Below, piece after piece: positions 28,429 through 39,132 of a stretch of 64,000 nt of DNA (the first letter of the stretch is position 1; the number at the start of each line of letters is the position of its first letter). Location: positions 22,639 through 86,638 of the forward strand of contig CAZEAE010000002.1 in NCBI GenBank assembly GCA_964510095.1. Direction: 5' to 3'. Both the position numbers and the translations under genes were made by a program. The stretch is from an uncultured Elusimicrobia bacterium. GTDB taxonomy: Bacteria; Elusimicrobiota; Elusimicrobia; UBA1565; UBA9628. The notes beneath the pieces were generated by a model. The model was not told the DNA's origin. It did no database searches and saw nothing but the letters and a program-made list of their open reading frames with translations.

Positions 28429-29682
28429 ATGAGCGAGGCGCGGCCCGGCCGGCTGGTGACGGCGGCAGTCACCTCTTTGGTGGTCGGGGGCTGCCTTTAC
28501 GCCTCGACGGCCGCATCCTCTAGCCAGGACTCCGGCGGCGCCCTCTTCGGCGCCGCTTTCTGGCTGCAGGCCATGATCCTCCTGCTCTACGGGACCTCCC
28601 GGACGACGGGCAGCGTGCTGACCGAACGGCTGGAGAAGACCTGGGACCTCCAGCGGCTGACGCCTATGTCGTCTTGGGAATTGTCCATCGGAAAACTGCT
28701 GGGAGCGCCGATCCTGGCCTTCTACCTCGCCGCGCTCTTCATCCCCTGGGCCGCGGCCGGGCTGGCGACTTCCTCGACGCTGCCCATGAGGGAGGTGATG
28801 TGGGATTACCTCCTGCTTGCCGGGACCACGTTCTTCTCCTTGTCCTTGGGCTTGCTCGTCTCCTCGCACGGGGAAGGCTCGGTGGGGGGAGCCTCCGCCG
28901 GCACGGCGGGGGCGCTGATGGGCGCATTCGGGCTCTCGTTCCTCGGCTCGGCGATGACCTCCACCGGCGCAAGCAAGGGGGGCACGCTGATCCCTTTCTT
29001 CGGACGCCCGTGCCCGCTCGAGTTCGTCATCCTCTTCAGCGCCGTCTTCTTCGGGGCTTGGGCCTTGGCCGGCGCGCGGTGGCGCCTGGGCCGCGAACTC
29101 CTCGAGCCCCGGCGCGCCTGGCGCCTGCCGGCGTTCATCCTCTCCCTAGCCGCCTATGAGCGGGCCTTGGGGGTCCCGCCCTTCATGACGCTGATCGCCC
29201 CCGGCGTCGTCATGTACTTCGCCGGCGTCCTGGATGGAGCGGCCGCCGACCGATGGAAGGCTTGGCTGGCCGCGCCGCCGCGGCTATGGTGGGACCGGAT
29301 GCCGTCCTGGATCGGCGGGGCGGCCGCCTGCGTCTGCGCCGCTTGCGTCCTCGCGACGCTCGATCAAGGGCCGCAGACACAAAGCTCACCGGCGACCGTG
29401 CGGTTCTATCCGCTGATCCTCTGCGGCTTCATCATCCGCGACCTTGCCTTCCTCCAGCTCTGCCGCTTCAGCAAGAGCCGCAGCCCGGAGGTCATGGCGA
29501 TGATCTTCATCGGCCTGGCCTACGCCCTCCCCTCTATCGTCCTGGGCGCGGCCAAGGCAAGCGTGCTCCTCTACCTCTTCATGCCGGCGCCCTCGGAGAG
29601 CCTCCCCATCCTGGCCAACCTCGCCCCGGGCTGGCTGCAAGCCGCCGGCGTCTGCCTGCTCCTCAAGAACCGCCGGGGCTAG
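28429..29682 (+). CDS. ABC-2-type transporter permease (start uncertain: ATG 28429 or TTG 28384)
   Basis: Highly hydrophobic multi-TM protein immediately after the ABC ATPase. The track ORF's N-terminal 56 aa overlap the ATPase gene and are rejected. Confidence 0.65.
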   Translation: MSEARPGRLVTAAVTSLVVGGCLYASTAASSSQDSGGALFGAAFWLQAMILLLYGTSRTTGSVLTERLEKTWDLQRLTPMSSWELSIGKLLGAPILAFYLAALFIPWAAAGLATSSTLPMREVMWDYLLLAGTTFFSLSLGLLVSSHGEGSVGGASAGTAGALMGAFGLSFLGSAMTSTGASKGGTLIPFFGRPCPLEFVILFSAVFFGAWALAGARWRLGRELLEPRRAWRLPAFILSLAAYERALGVPPFMTLIAPGVVMYFAGVLDGAAADRWKAWLAAPPRLWWDRMPSWIGGAAACVCAACVLATLDQGPQTQSSPATVRFYPLILCGFIIRDLAFLQLCRFSKSRSPEVMAMIFIGLAYALPSIVLGAAKASVLLYLFMPAPSESLPILANLAPGWLQAAGVCLLLKNRRG

Positions 29683-31511
29683 TTCTTCTCGGCGCGGGCG
29701 CGCAGGCTCTCGTTGAGGATCTTCTTGCGCAGACGGATGCTCTGCGGCGTCACCTCGACGAGCTCGGTCTCGTCGATGAATTCGATGGACTGCTCGAGCG
29801 TGAGGATGGTGGGCGGCGCGAGGTCGATGGCGTCATCGGTGGCCTTGGAGCGCATGTTCGACATGGCCTTCTCCTTGCAGGGGTTGACCACCAGGTCGTT
29901 GCTCCGCGAGTTCGACCCGACGATCATGCCCGGATAGACCTCGGTGCCGGTGTCGATGAAGAAGGCGGATCGCTCCGCCAGCTTGGAGAGGGCGTAGCCG
30001 GTGGAACGGCCCTTCTCCTTGGCCACGAGCACGCCTTGGGGGCGCTCCGCCGGGTCGGCGCCTTTGGGCCCGTAGCCGTGGAAGCTGTGGTGCATCATCC
30101 CCTGGCCTTTGGTCGTCGTCATCAGCTCGCTCTTGAAGCCCATGAGGTTGCGCGACGCGACCACGTATTCCAGGCGCACCCGCGTCGTGCCTTCGGGGGT
30201 CATGTTGAGCATCTGCCCGGCGCGGCTGCCCAGGTTCTCGATGACGGTGCCCTGGTGCTCGGAGGGAACGTCTACGACGAGGTGCTCCATGGGTTCATGA
30301 AGCTGGCCGTCGACGTCCTTGAAGATGACCTCGGGCCGGGAGACGGCCAGCTCGAAGCCCTCGCGGCGCATCGTCTCGATGAGGATGGAGAGATGCAGCT
30401 CGCCGCGCCCGGAGACCTTGAAGTTCCCTTCGCCTTCCATCTGTTCGATCTTGAGGCCCACGTTGATCTGCTGCTCCTTGAGCAGCCGCTCCTTGATATG
30501 GCGGCTGGTGACGAACTTGCCTTCGAGGCCTGCGAAGGGGCTGTTGTTGACCATGAACTCCATCGACAGCGTCGGTTCGTCGATATCGAGGGGGGGCAGC
30601 GGCTTAGGGTCCTCGCCGGAGGCCACGGTGTCCCCGACGTTGATGGTCTCCAGGCCCGCCACGGCGACGATGTCGCCGGCGAAAGCCTTGTCGACGTCTC
30701 GGCGCGCCAGCCCGAAATACTGCTGGAGCATCGTGACCTTGCCGGTCAGGACCTGGCCGGTGGATTTGACCAGGGCGAGGGTCTCCCCCTTGGCGATGGT
30801 GCCGTTCAAGATGCGGCCCATGCCGATCTTTCCGATGTAGCTGCTGTAGTCGAGCATCGTCACGAGCATCTGCAGCGGCTTGGAGGGATCGACCATCGGG
30901 CCGGGGACGGAGTCCAGGATGGTGTCGAAGAGCGGCGTGAGGTCCTTGCCGACGTTGTCGACCGTGAGGCTGGCCCAGCCGGCTTTGCCGGCGGCGTAGA
31001 CGACCGGGAACTCCATCTGGGGATCGGAGGCGCCGAGGTCGATGAAGAGGCTGAAGATGCGGTCCAACGCCTCATTGGGCCGGATGTGAGGGCGGTCCAT
31101 CTTGTTGATGACGACGATGGGATGCAGGCCGAGGGCCAGCGCCTTGCGCAGCACGAAGCGCGTCTGCGGCATGGGGCCTTCGACGGCGTCGACGAGCAGC
31201 AGGCAGCCGTCGACCATCTTGAGGATGCGCTCCACTTCGGAGCCGAAGTCGGCGTGACCGGGCGTGTCGACGATGTTGATCGTCACGCCCTTGTACGGCA
31301 CCGAGGTGTTCTTGGCAAGGATCGTGATGCCGCGCTCGCGTTCCAGAGGATTGGAGTCCAGGACCTGCTCCTGCGCCGCGTCGACCTTCACATGGAAGGA
31401 CCCGGTCTGCTTGAGCATGGCGTCGACGAGCGTCGTCTTGCCATGGTCGACGTGGGCGATGATGGCGATGTTGCGCAGGTCCTTGCGGCGGTTCTCGGCG
31501 GCGTTGGTCAT
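29679..31511 (-). CDS. typA: Translational GTPase BipA/TypA
   Basis: 610 aa. G1 [10 protein letters not shown]3 [11 protein letters not shown]-like domains. N-terminus [30 protein letters not shown]. Confidence 0.95.
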   Translation of the reverse strand: MTNAAENRRKDLRNIAIIAHVDHGKTTLVDAMLKQTGSFHVKVDAAQEQVLDSNPLERERGITILAKNTSVPYKGVTINIVDTPGHADFGSEVERILKMVDGCLLLVDAVEGPMPQTRFVLRKALALGLHPIVVINKMDRPHIRPNEALDRIFSLFIDLGASDPQMEFPVVYAAGKAGWASLTVDNVGKDLTPLFDTILDSVPGPMVDPSKPLQMLVTMLDYSSYIGKIGMGRILNGTIAKGETLALVKSTGQVLTGKVTMLQQYFGLARRDVDKAFAGDIVAVAGLETINVGDTVASGEDPKPLPPLDIDEPTLSMEFMVNNSPFAGLEGKFVTSRHIKERLLKEQQINVGLKIEQMEGEGNFKVSGRGELHLSILIETMRREGFELAVSRPEVIFKDVDGQLHEPMEHLVVDVPSEHQGTVIENLGSRAGQMLNMTPEGTTRVRLEYVVASRNLMGFKSELMTTTKGQGMMHHSFHGYGPKGADPAERPQGVLVAKEKGRSTGYALSKLAERSAFFIDTGTEVYPGMIVGSNSRSNDLVVNPCKEKAMSNMRSKATDDAIDLAPPTILTLEQSIEFIDETELVEVTPQSIRLRKKILNESLRARAEKN

Positions 31512-33745
31512 TTTGTTGGAGTGTCCTTTTGAGTAGAGGCTGTTAAACCTTGGAGCGTCTTATAAGAATCCTGGCCGAAGGGATCGCCCGGCTCGGGCGG
31601 GCCCAGCACGGTGAAGAAGTCCATCATGGATTGAGGGATCAGGATGTGGCTCTCCGGGCCGGTGGCCAGGACGATGTGGTGCAGGTTCATGTCCACGAAG
31701 AGCCCTTGATGCTTGCCCACCTTGACGATCTTGCCGAAATTCCGGGAATTGGCCCAGAGATTCTTCGCGCCGTCGATCACGCTCTGGAAGACGTCGGCCG
31801 TGGCCCAGCCGAAAACGACGGAGCTGGCCCCCATCGTCGCCATGAGCTTGCCGAAAGAGAGCCCCAGGACGCCGAGGCCGATCCAGAAGCTCGCCCCGTA
31901 GACCACGGCGCGCGCCCCCAGGCGGATGACCATCGTAGACTGCCGGCTCCAGCCGTTGCGTTGAGCGAGGCCGTTGATGAAGCCGGTCAGCCAGCGCTCG
32001 GTGGTCCGCGAGGCGACGAGAACGGCGGCGGCTTGCAGGTAAGGCAAGGCGGCGCCGATGCCGATCCAAGCGGTGAGGGCGGGCATGACGAAGGTCAGGC
32101 CAAGCCCCAGGCCCATCCAGACGGCGGCGGACTTCATGTCGATCTCAGCCGTCTTCTGCTTGGCCAGGGAGAGGAAGTCCTTCAAGCCGAAGCGCGGCAA
32201 GGCCCGGCGCTCCTCCTTGGTCTTGTACTCGCGCTCGACCACGATGACCTTCCCGGCCAATTCATTGTAGGTGATCGTGGTGGTCTCACCGACCGAAGGC
32301 TTGAGCACGACGTTCTGCAGCGTCATGTCCTCCACAAGATAGGTCTCTCCATCGATCCGGATCCGCTCTCCTTGCTGGAAAGGAGCGTTGAGCAGCAGCA
32401 TCACGCCGCGCATGAGGTTGCCGATCACCTTCTTGGCCGCTAAGGTGGCGAATACGGCGCCGATGCCGGCGGTCGCCAGCAGCGCCGTGGCGGAAACGCC
32501 GGCCGTGTGGAGGCCGATCACGCCCGCCGAGGTCCAAACGACGACGTAGGCGAGCCGCCGCCACAAGCCCTCATGCGTCGGGTCGATCCAGCCCTTGGTC
32601 TTGAGCCATGTGACCAGTCGGCCGGCGTAGCGCGAGACGAAGACGGCGCCGACGATGGCGCCTCCCGTGCCCGTGAAAGGCGCGACGAAGGCCCAAGCGG
32701 AACTGGCCAGCGCCTGCGTCGAATAGCCGGCCGACTCGAGCCCGGCGCCCAGGCCCGCGAGCCACAGCGCCGAAGTGGCGCCGGCGCGAAGGATCCGCGT
32801 CGTCTTCGCCGACCACTCGAAGGCGGCGGAGGTCTTGTCTATGGCGCGGTTGAGCAGGACGTTGAGACCGTAGGTAGCCGCCACGACGCCGGCTCCCGCC
32901 AGGTAAGGCTTGGAAACGGCGAACAGCTCGGGCAAAGCGGTCGGGATGGACACGGAGCCGATGACGGCGGCGACCATGGAGACCTTCTGCAGCGACTCCT
33001 TGACGGCCGGGCTCCATTTGGCCCAGTCGGCGAGCTTGCCGGCCGCGGCCTTGGCCGCCCGCGCCGAGGCGTAGATGGAGAGGGCGAATCCTCCGATCCA
33101 AGCATAAGGCGCGGCTACCGCGGCGAGCTGGGCGAACCAGGCGAAAGGAGCGGAGACTCCGGCGGCCGCGACGGCGAATGCCGGCACCGACGGTTTCTGC
33201 GAGGGCGCCGACGGCGCGCCGACGGCGCGAAGCAGAGGCGCGCCGAGCGATGCCGCGGCCGGCGTCGCCTCGGAAGCGGGGGCCGCGCGGCTGGCGGACC
33301 AGAAGGACTCCCAGCGAGAAGCAACGGACGTCCCGGCGGCGGCGTCATCCTGGGGGTTCTCGAGGATGGCGCGGCCCGTCTCGAGCTGGGCGGCGGCGCC
33401 GAGCGCTGCCAGCGGCTCCGGCACGAAGGCGGCGGCCTGCGCGTCGAGGGCCGAAGCGGCGGCGGCGTCCAGGGCGGCCGCCGGTGAAGGCGCGACGGCC
33501 AGCGAAGGGGAGGGGCTCAGCGAGGGCGTCAGCGAAAGGGCGAGGCTGGGCGTCAGCGTCCCGGGCAACGATGCCGCGAGGGACCCTGGGCGAGCATTGC
33601 CGCCGAGTGTCAGCCCGTTGGGCGCGAGGCGGATGGAGACCGGCCGCATGACGGCCTGGGCGGCCCAGACGCTGCTGGGGCCGAGGCAAGGAGACACGGC
33701 GACCAAGGTGGCTAAGAGGAAGCGGCTGACGATGGGATTTTTCAT
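31508..33745 (-). CDS. Large mechanosensitive ion channel family protein (MscS-like) with signal peptide and low-complexity Ala/Ser/Pro N-terminal region
   Basis: 745 aa. MscS beta-domain signature ...[43 protein letters not shown]... preceded by several TM helices. A second TM block with an MscS-like C-terminal beta segment follows. Confidence 0.75.
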   Translation of the reverse strand: MKNPIVSRFLLATLVAVSPCLGPSSVWAAQAVMRPVSIRLAPNGLTLGGNARPGSLAASLPGTLTPSLALSLTPSLSPSPSLAVAPSPAAALDAAAASALDAQAAAFVPEPLAALGAAAQLETGRAILENPQDDAAAGTSVASRWESFWSASRAAPASEATPAAASLGAPLLRAVGAPSAPSQKPSVPAFAVAAAGVSAPFAWFAQLAAVAAPYAWIGGFALSIYASARAAKAAAGKLADWAKWSPAVKESLQKVSMVAAVIGSVSIPTALPELFAVSKPYLAGAGVVAATYGLNVLLNRAIDKTSAAFEWSAKTTRILRAGATSALWLAGLGAGLESAGYSTQALASSAWAFVAPFTGTGGAIVGAVFVSRYAGRLVTWLKTKGWIDPTHEGLWRRLAYVVVWTSAGVIGLHTAGVSATALLATAGIGAVFATLAAKKVIGNLMRGVMLLLNAPFQQGERIRIDGETYLVEDMTLQNVVLKPSVGETTTITYNELAGKVIVVEREYKTKEERRALPRFGLKDFLSLAKQKTAEIDMKSAAVWMGLGLGLTFVMPALTAWIGIGAALPYLQAAAVLVASRTTERWLTGFINGLAQRNGWSRQSTMVIRLGARAVVYGASFWIGLGVLGLSFGKLMATMGASSVVFGWATADVFQSVIDGAKNLWANSRNFGKIVKVGKHQGLFVDMNLHHIVLATGPESHILIPQSMMDFFTVLGPPEPGDPFGQDSYKTLQGLTASTQKDTPTK

Positions 33746-33837
33746 GGTCCGATTATAGCTGTTGGCGACGCGGCCCTAGAACGGTCGAAAGTCCCAGGGC
33801 GCAGCCGGTAAAGGACCTAGGAGAGTTGGGACCCTAC

Positions 33838-33893
33838 AAAAAAAATGAAAGCCACCTCTAGATGCCGTACAAGTTGAGGGGCGGTGGCTTTCA
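33838..33893 (-). terminator. Probable rho-independent terminator downstream of the CBS gene (minus strand)
   Basis: 11-bp perfect stem TGAAAGCCACC/GGTGGCTTTCA with an imperfect inner stem (CCTC/GAGG). On the transcribed strand it is followed by a U8 tract (plus-strand A8 at 33838-33845). Confidence 0.4.
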
Positions 33894-33953
33894 ACGACAT
33901 TCTACCACAAACCGGCCTGCGATGCAAGCGCGAAAGGGAGCCAGGCCCGCGCG

Positions 33954-34376
33954 CTACTTGATCTCGTCGGCGAAGCTCTGCAGGTATTTTTCGTCGCTGG
34001 CCAGCTCGCCGAGGACCTTCGCCAGGTCGGTGAGCGAGACGATGCCGACGACCTTGCCTCCCTCGGTGATGGGCAGGTGCCGGAACTGGCCCTTGGCCAA
34101 GCACTGGAAGACGCTGGCCAAAGGCTGGGAGGCCTCGACGGTGACGAGCTTGCGCGTCATCACGGCGCCGACGGTCGTCGTGACCGGGTCGAGGCCCTCG
34201 GCCACGACCTTGCGCGCCAGGTCGCGCTCCGTGAAGATCCCGTCCGGCTGGGTCTTCTCTCCGACGAAGACCGAGCCGATGTTGGCCTTCTTCATGATCT
34301 GCGCCGCCTTGGACACGGTGGTGTCGGGCGGCACGCTGATCACGTCGCGCATCAGGACCTTGGCTGTCTCAGGCAT
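33954..34376 (-). CDS. CBS-domain pair protein
   Basis: 140 aa with two CBS motifs (..VISVPPDTTVSKAAQIM...NIGSVFV.. and ..AVMTRKLVTVEASQPLASVFQ...RHLPI). Confidence 0.85.
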   Translation of the reverse strand: MPETAKVLMRDVISVPPDTTVSKAAQIMKKANIGSVFVGEKTQPDGIFTERDLARKVVAEGLDPVTTTVGAVMTRKLVTVEASQPLASVFQCLAKGQFRHLPITEGGKVVGIVSLTDLAKVLGELASDEKYLQSFADEIK

Positions 34377-34386
34377 AGGGCACCTC

Positions 34387-35898
34387 TCAGAGTGCGAAGC
34401 TCAGAAGATATTCTTTCTTGCGATCCAGGATGGAGCGGAGGTCCTGGCCGGGCGCAGGCGTCGTCACGGCGGCGACGCCGTGGGCGTATCCCAAGCCGCC
34501 TTCGGCTAGAGCCCCGAGGTCCCATATGACGGGCGCCTCCTGGTCCACGGCGGCGGCCAGCAAGGCCGCCGACTCCTGTGGAGGCGCGGTCTTCTCGGGA
34601 TCGACGGCTTCCTCAGGAGGCGGCGGAGGGGGGGCTTCCTCGTACATGAAGAGCTTCGGCCGGCCGGGGTTGCTGGGGTTGGGCCGCACCACGATGCCGG
34701 GCCGGCCGTCGTCCAAGCGCACCAGGCTGCCCACGGGATAGAAGCCGACGCAATTGACCAGCAGCTTGACCAAAGCCGCCTCGTGACGGTCGCCGCGCGC
34801 GTTGACCAAGGAGGCGAGCATCCGGTCGCGCCGCTGCTTCTTCCAGTAGAAGCGCTCGCTGAACCGGGAGAGGTCGTAATCGTCGGCCAGCGCCAGGATC
34901 CGGTGATAGACGTCCGGGTGGTAGCCGCCCTCGACGGGGGGCGGGCAGTCATGATGATAGGCCGCCAGCAGGCCGACCTGCGGCGACACATCCTCGTTGC
35001 GGGTCAGAAGGAGGTATCCCCAATCGGCATGATCGCGCGCGATCTTCCTTTCCGCCAGGCTCAACGGCGTATGATCCTGAGTCCATTCGACGGGGATGGT
35101 CAAGCGGCCCAGGTCATGCAGCATAGCCATGATGGTGACGGTGTTGATCTGCCCCGAGTTGAGGCCGTGGGCATCGCCTAGGGCGCAGGACAACACCGCG
35201 ACATTGACGCTATGGGCCAGGTGCGGGTCGAGCCCCTGGCCGAGCAGCGGCAGGAGGAGGAACGGCTCATACCCTTTGCTGCGGATCGTGGCCGTCATGT
35301 CGTCGACCAGGCGGAAGAGCGGCTTGAGGTCCGGCTGCTTGCCGCCCTGGAACTCGTCGCGCACGAGACCCAGGACGCCGACGGCCTTCTCGTACCAGTC
35401 GAGCAAGGTCTTCTTGCGCGTGAGCTTGTTCTTGCTGGCCAGGTCGTCGACTTCGGCCTCCACGATGTGCATCGTCCGGACGCCCTTCTGGTCGAGGAGC
35501 TCGGCGGGGTGGTCGGAACTGGGCTTGGTGGCCTCCGCGTTGAGGATCTGGAAGAAGATGAGCAGGTCGGCCATCGTCAGGCCCTTCATGATGGTCAGGT
35601 ACTTCACCCGGCACTTGGAAAAACGGTCGACCAGCATCTGGTTGTTGGCCGTCTCCTCGATCGACATCGCCCCTTCGATATAAAGCAGCTCGTCCATGAA
35701 GCCGAAGCCCAGGTCTTCCTGCTCCTCCAGGATCGGGGTGAGGGTCTCCAGGAGCTTCGTCAGGACCCCGACCACCTCGGAGTGCGTCGGAGGGTAGAGC
35801 CTGATGTTGTTGAAGGCGAAATTCATCAGCCGCAGCGCGGCCGTCATCTGATTCCAGCGCTGGTTGTCCGCTCGCGAGCGTCGGACGCGGCGAGCCAT
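34387..35898 (-). CDS. HD-domain signalling protein (HD-GYP-like, GYP degenerated to GYH)
   Basis: C-terminal HD motif ...AMLHDLGRLTIP... and ...YHHDCPPPVEGGYHPD... 503 aa with an N-terminal uncharacterised domain. Confidence 0.65.
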   Translation of the reverse strand: MARRVRRSRADNQRWNQMTAALRLMNFAFNNIRLYPPTHSEVVGVLTKLLETLTPILEEQEDLGFGFMDELLYIEGAMSIEETANNQMLVDRFSKCRVKYLTIMKGLTMADLLIFFQILNAEATKPSSDHPAELLDQKGVRTMHIVEAEVDDLASKNKLTRKKTLLDWYEKAVGVLGLVRDEFQGGKQPDLKPLFRLVDDMTATIRSKGYEPFLLLPLLGQGLDPHLAHSVNVAVLSCALGDAHGLNSGQINTVTIMAMLHDLGRLTIPVEWTQDHTPLSLAERKIARDHADWGYLLLTRNEDVSPQVGLLAAYHHDCPPPVEGGYHPDVYHRILALADDYDLSRFSERFYWKKQRRDRMLASLVNARGDRHEAALVKLLVNCVGFYPVGSLVRLDDGRPGIVVRPNPSNPGRPKLFMYEEAPPPPPPEEAVDPEKTAPPQESAALLAAAVDQEAPVIWDLGALAEGGLGYAHGVAAVTTPAPGQDLRSILDRKKEYLLSFAL

Positions 35899-37712
35899 TA
35901 GGCGCGGCCCTCTTTCTTCAGCGTGGCCAAGGAATCCCTCGCCGCGGCCTTGATCTCCTTGTCGCGCCCGGTGATGATCTCATACCAGGTGCGCCGGGCC
36001 GTAGCCTTGAGGAAGGCCAGCGAGGCGTTGGTGGGGAAGCGGCCTAGGGCGGTGACGATGGAGACCTTGACCTCCTCGTGCGGCGTCGCTCCGAAAGCCC
36101 CGATGAGCATCTCGTCTAGCCCCGGGTGGTTGAGCAGCGACAGCGCGATGATGGCCGGGGTCGTCTCCTCGGGCGCGCCGGAGACGATATAGGCGATCAG
36201 GCCGACGATGGCCTTCGGCCCTCCGGTCTTGCCGAGTATCTTGGCTGCGGCCTCCCTGACTTTGTGGTGAGAGTGCCCTATCAAAGGGACCAGCGCATCC
36301 AGATTCTCCTCGCCGCCGATGTCGGCTAGGACGGCGATGACGTTCACGATGATGAACCAGTCCTCGTGGCCCAAAGCCGCCCTGAGGGCTTTGGTACCGA
36401 AGCGCCGTCCCAGCGCCGCCAACAACGCGCAGAGCTTGGCGCGGTGGCTCTTGTCCTGGACCTTCTGCATCTCGCCCAGCAGCATGGGCATGACCCCTTC
36501 GCCGAGGAATACGAGGAATTCCGCGACCTTGGCGAAGGCGTCAGAATCCTTCTCCAAGGCGGCTAGATGCGCGACGATGCGTTCGGCCACGGCGGGGGAG
36601 GCGATCTTCTCTTCGATGAGCTTGCGCAGGAGGGGCAGGAAGGCGGTGAGCCTGGCATCCCTCGCCATGAGCGTCCAGCGCTCATGTTCCTTCATGAGCG
36701 ACTCGATCTGCCCGTCGCGCCCCAGCTCCATCAGCAGCCGGCCATAAGCCTCGATGACGTACTTCGGCTTGCGATCGTCTTCGGGCGCCGCCAGCATCGC
36801 CTGCGCTTTGGCCAGCGACCACAGCATGGCGGCGTTCTTCTCATGCGTCTGATGCACGCCCAGGCTGTCGCGGTCGGCCTTGAGCATGACCCCGGCCCAG
36901 GAGACCACGGTCGGGCGGTCCCAGCCCGGACGGCCCTTCGCGGCGGTGCGCGGGCGCCCCTGCCATCGCGGCGGCCGCCGGACCAGCGCGGAAAACTCCT
37001 CAAAGCGCGCCCGGATCCGGGGATCGTAGCAGGACCAGGGCATGGCCGCCTCGAATTCCTCCAGGGGGAGCTCGCGGTTGCGGCAGCTGTCGAGGAGCTC
37101 GGTGACCTCTTCAGCCTCCTTGCCCTGAAGCCCCTCGTTCTGCTGGAAGAGCAGGCCCAGGAAGTCCGGCAAGGTCTTGGCGCGGGCGAAGGCCTCCACT
37201 TGCGCCTCGCTGAGCTGCCCCGGCATCTCATGCTTCTCCTCTTGCTCGCCGGTGACGACGAAATTGAGGATGAAGGTCATCTGCAGGCCGTCGATGCGGA
37301 CCTCCTGGACGCTCTTCTGGATATCGCTGAGGGTCGTCTTCTCATCGGGCTTGGCGACCAGGATCTTCAGGAACTCGACCATGCCCTCCTTGGTCAAGCG
37401 ATTGGTCAAAAGGAGCTGGCCGATGCCGAGCGTGTGCAGCGCGACGGCGAAAGCCGTCACATCGGGGCTGTCGGTCAGCTCGACCTCGTCGACCGTGATG
37501 ATCTTGGCTTTGACGTCCAAGACGAGCGTCGTCTCCTGCCCCAGCGTCTTAAGAAGCACCTGGGTCACCCTTTCGGCCAGCTGGAGGATGATGGGATGGC
37601 CTGCCTTATAAAGCGAGGTGGTCTTGGCGCTCGTCGCCAAAGAGCCGATCAAGACCTCCACCGAGGCCAGTTTTTGCCGCGAGGCCTGCTGTTCCGCCGT
37701 GTGCTCCGCCAC
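35898..37712 (-). CDS. HEAT-repeat protein
   Basis: 604 aa. C-terminal PBS-lyase-type HEAT repeats (GHEDWFIIVNVIAVLADIGGEEN..., HSHHKVREAAAKILGKTGGPKA...). Confidence 0.7.
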   Translation of the reverse strand: MAEHTAEQQASRQKLASVEVLIGSLATSAKTTSLYKAGHPIILQLAERVTQVLLKTLGQETTLVLDVKAKIITVDEVELTDSPDVTAFAVALHTLGIGQLLLTNRLTKEGMVEFLKILVAKPDEKTTLSDIQKSVQEVRIDGLQMTFILNFVVTGEQEEKHEMPGQLSEAQVEAFARAKTLPDFLGLLFQQNEGLQGKEAEEVTELLDSCRNRELPLEEFEAAMPWSCYDPRIRARFEEFSALVRRPPRWQGRPRTAAKGRPGWDRPTVVSWAGVMLKADRDSLGVHQTHEKNAAMLWSLAKAQAMLAAPEDDRKPKYVIEAYGRLLMELGRDGQIESLMKEHERWTLMARDARLTAFLPLLRKLIEEKIASPAVAERIVAHLAALEKDSDAFAKVAEFLVFLGEGVMPMLLGEMQKVQDKSHRAKLCALLAALGRRFGTKALRAALGHEDWFIIVNVIAVLADIGGEENLDALVPLIGHSHHKVREAAAKILGKTGGPKAIVGLIAYIVSGAPEETTPAIIALSLLNHPGLDEMLIGAFGATPHEEVKVSIVTALGRFPTNASLAFLKATARRTWYEIITGRDKEIKAAARDSLATLKKEGRA

Positions 37713-37794
37713 GTTCGAAGTGTAACAAGGACTTCAGGATTTTACAAGACCTCACGATAACCGAATAACCGAGGGCCTGGCACCGATTTAAATA

Positions 37795-37800
37795 TATAAT
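37795..37800 (+). promoter_or_regulatory. TATAAT -10 hexamer 6 nt upstream of the pepP ATG (leaderless configuration)
   Basis: tatataat ends at 37800 and the ATG begins at 37807. No SD. No clear -35. Confidence 0.35.
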
Positions 37801-37806
37801 ACGTCC

Positions 37807-39132
37807 ATGGAACCCTATCTCGGTCATCGCAAAGCTTTGGAGCGCCGCCTGCCCGACGGGCTGATCCTCCTTTCCGGCGGCACCATGCTCACGCGCAATC
37901 ATGACGTCGATTTCGTGTTCCGGCAGAAATCCCACTTCCTCTATCTGACCGGCGTCGAGGAGCCCGGCTGCCATCTTCTGATCGACCCCAAACGGCGCCG
38001 ACACACCCTCTTCATCCCTCGGATCGACAATCACCACCGGGTCTGGCTGGGCCATGTGCCGGGGCCGCAGGAGGCGCGGCGGCTCTTCGGCATCGACCGG
38101 GTGGCCTACACCGACGAGCTCCCGGCCGCTCTGCGCCGGGCAAAAGCCGGCTATCGCAAGACCTACCTCGATGCCATCTCGGCTTCCCGCCACAAGCAGG
38201 CCCTGCGCGGCGTCGCCGCGGCGCCGGCCCTGCTCGAGGACGCGCTCCAGGAACTGCGCGCCTGCAAGACGCCGGGCGAGCTTGCGCTGCTGAAGCAGTC
38301 CAACGCCGTCAGCGGCCAGGCGCACCGCGAGGTGATGCGCTCGGTGCGTCCCGGCCAATATGAATTCGAGGCGCAGGCCGTCTTCGAGGCGGCATGCCTG
38401 CGGCGCGGCTTTCGGCACTTGGGCTATCCCTCGATCGTCGCAACGGGCACCAACGGCGCCGTCCTGCACTACCACCGCAACGCCGCCAAGATCAAGGACG
38501 GCGACCTCCTCCTCATCGACGCCGGCGCCGAGCTCAAAGGCTATACCGCCGACATCACTCGCACCTTCCCGGCCAACGGGCGCTTCACCCGGCGCCAGCG
38601 CGACATCTACTCCATCGTGCTCGCCGCCCAGAAATCCTGTATCGCCCGCTCGCGCCCGGGGATCGTCTCGGCCGACCTCCATCTGCACTCGATGACGGTC
38701 ATCGCCGAGGGGCTTAAGGACCTCGGCATCCTTCGCGGCGACACCGCCGGGCTCGTCGAGGGGGGCGCGGTCCGGTTGTTCTACCCTCATGGGTTGACCC
38801 ACATGCTCGGCTTGGACGTCCATGACGTCACGGGGGGGCGCAAGCGGCGCATGCCCAACCCCACGAAGGTCCCGGTGCGCTTCGTCGCGCGCCTGGAGCC
38901 GGGGTTCGTCATCACCATGGAGCCGGGGATCTATTTCATCGGGGCCCTGCTTCAAGACCCCGCGCTCCGGCGCAAGCACCGCGCCTCGGTCGACTTCGCC
39001 AAGGCCGACGGCTTCCTTGATTTCGGAGGCGTGCGCATCGAAGACGATATCGTGATCCGTCCCGGCGCGCCCCTGAACCTGACGGATGTCCCCAAGGAGA
39101 TCGCGGATGTGGAAGAAGCCTGCCGCCGCTAG
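37807..39132 (+). CDS. pepP: Xaa-Pro aminopeptidase (M24B)
   Basis: 441 aa. N-terminal creatinase-like domain. M24 metal-ligand motifs (HYHRNAAKIKDGDLLLIDAGAELKGYTADITRTFP, ...HGLTHMLGLDVHD..., EPGIY). Confidence 0.9.
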   Translation: MEPYLGHRKALERRLPDGLILLSGGTMLTRNHDVDFVFRQKSHFLYLTGVEEPGCHLLIDPKRRRHTLFIPRIDNHHRVWLGHVPGPQEARRLFGIDRVAYTDELPAALRRAKAGYRKTYLDAISASRHKQALRGVAAAPALLEDALQELRACKTPGELALLKQSNAVSGQAHREVMRSVRPGQYEFEAQAVFEAACLRRGFRHLGYPSIVATGTNGAVLHYHRNAAKIKDGDLLLIDAGAELKGYTADITRTFPANGRFTRRQRDIYSIVLAAQKSCIARSRPGIVSADLHLHSMTVIAEGLKDLGILRGDTAGLVEGGAVRLFYPHGLTHMLGLDVHDVTGGRKRRMPNPTKVPVRFVARLEPGFVITMEPGIYFIGALLQDPALRRKHRASVDFAKADGFLDFGGVRIEDDIVIRPGAPLNLTDVPKEIADVEEACRR

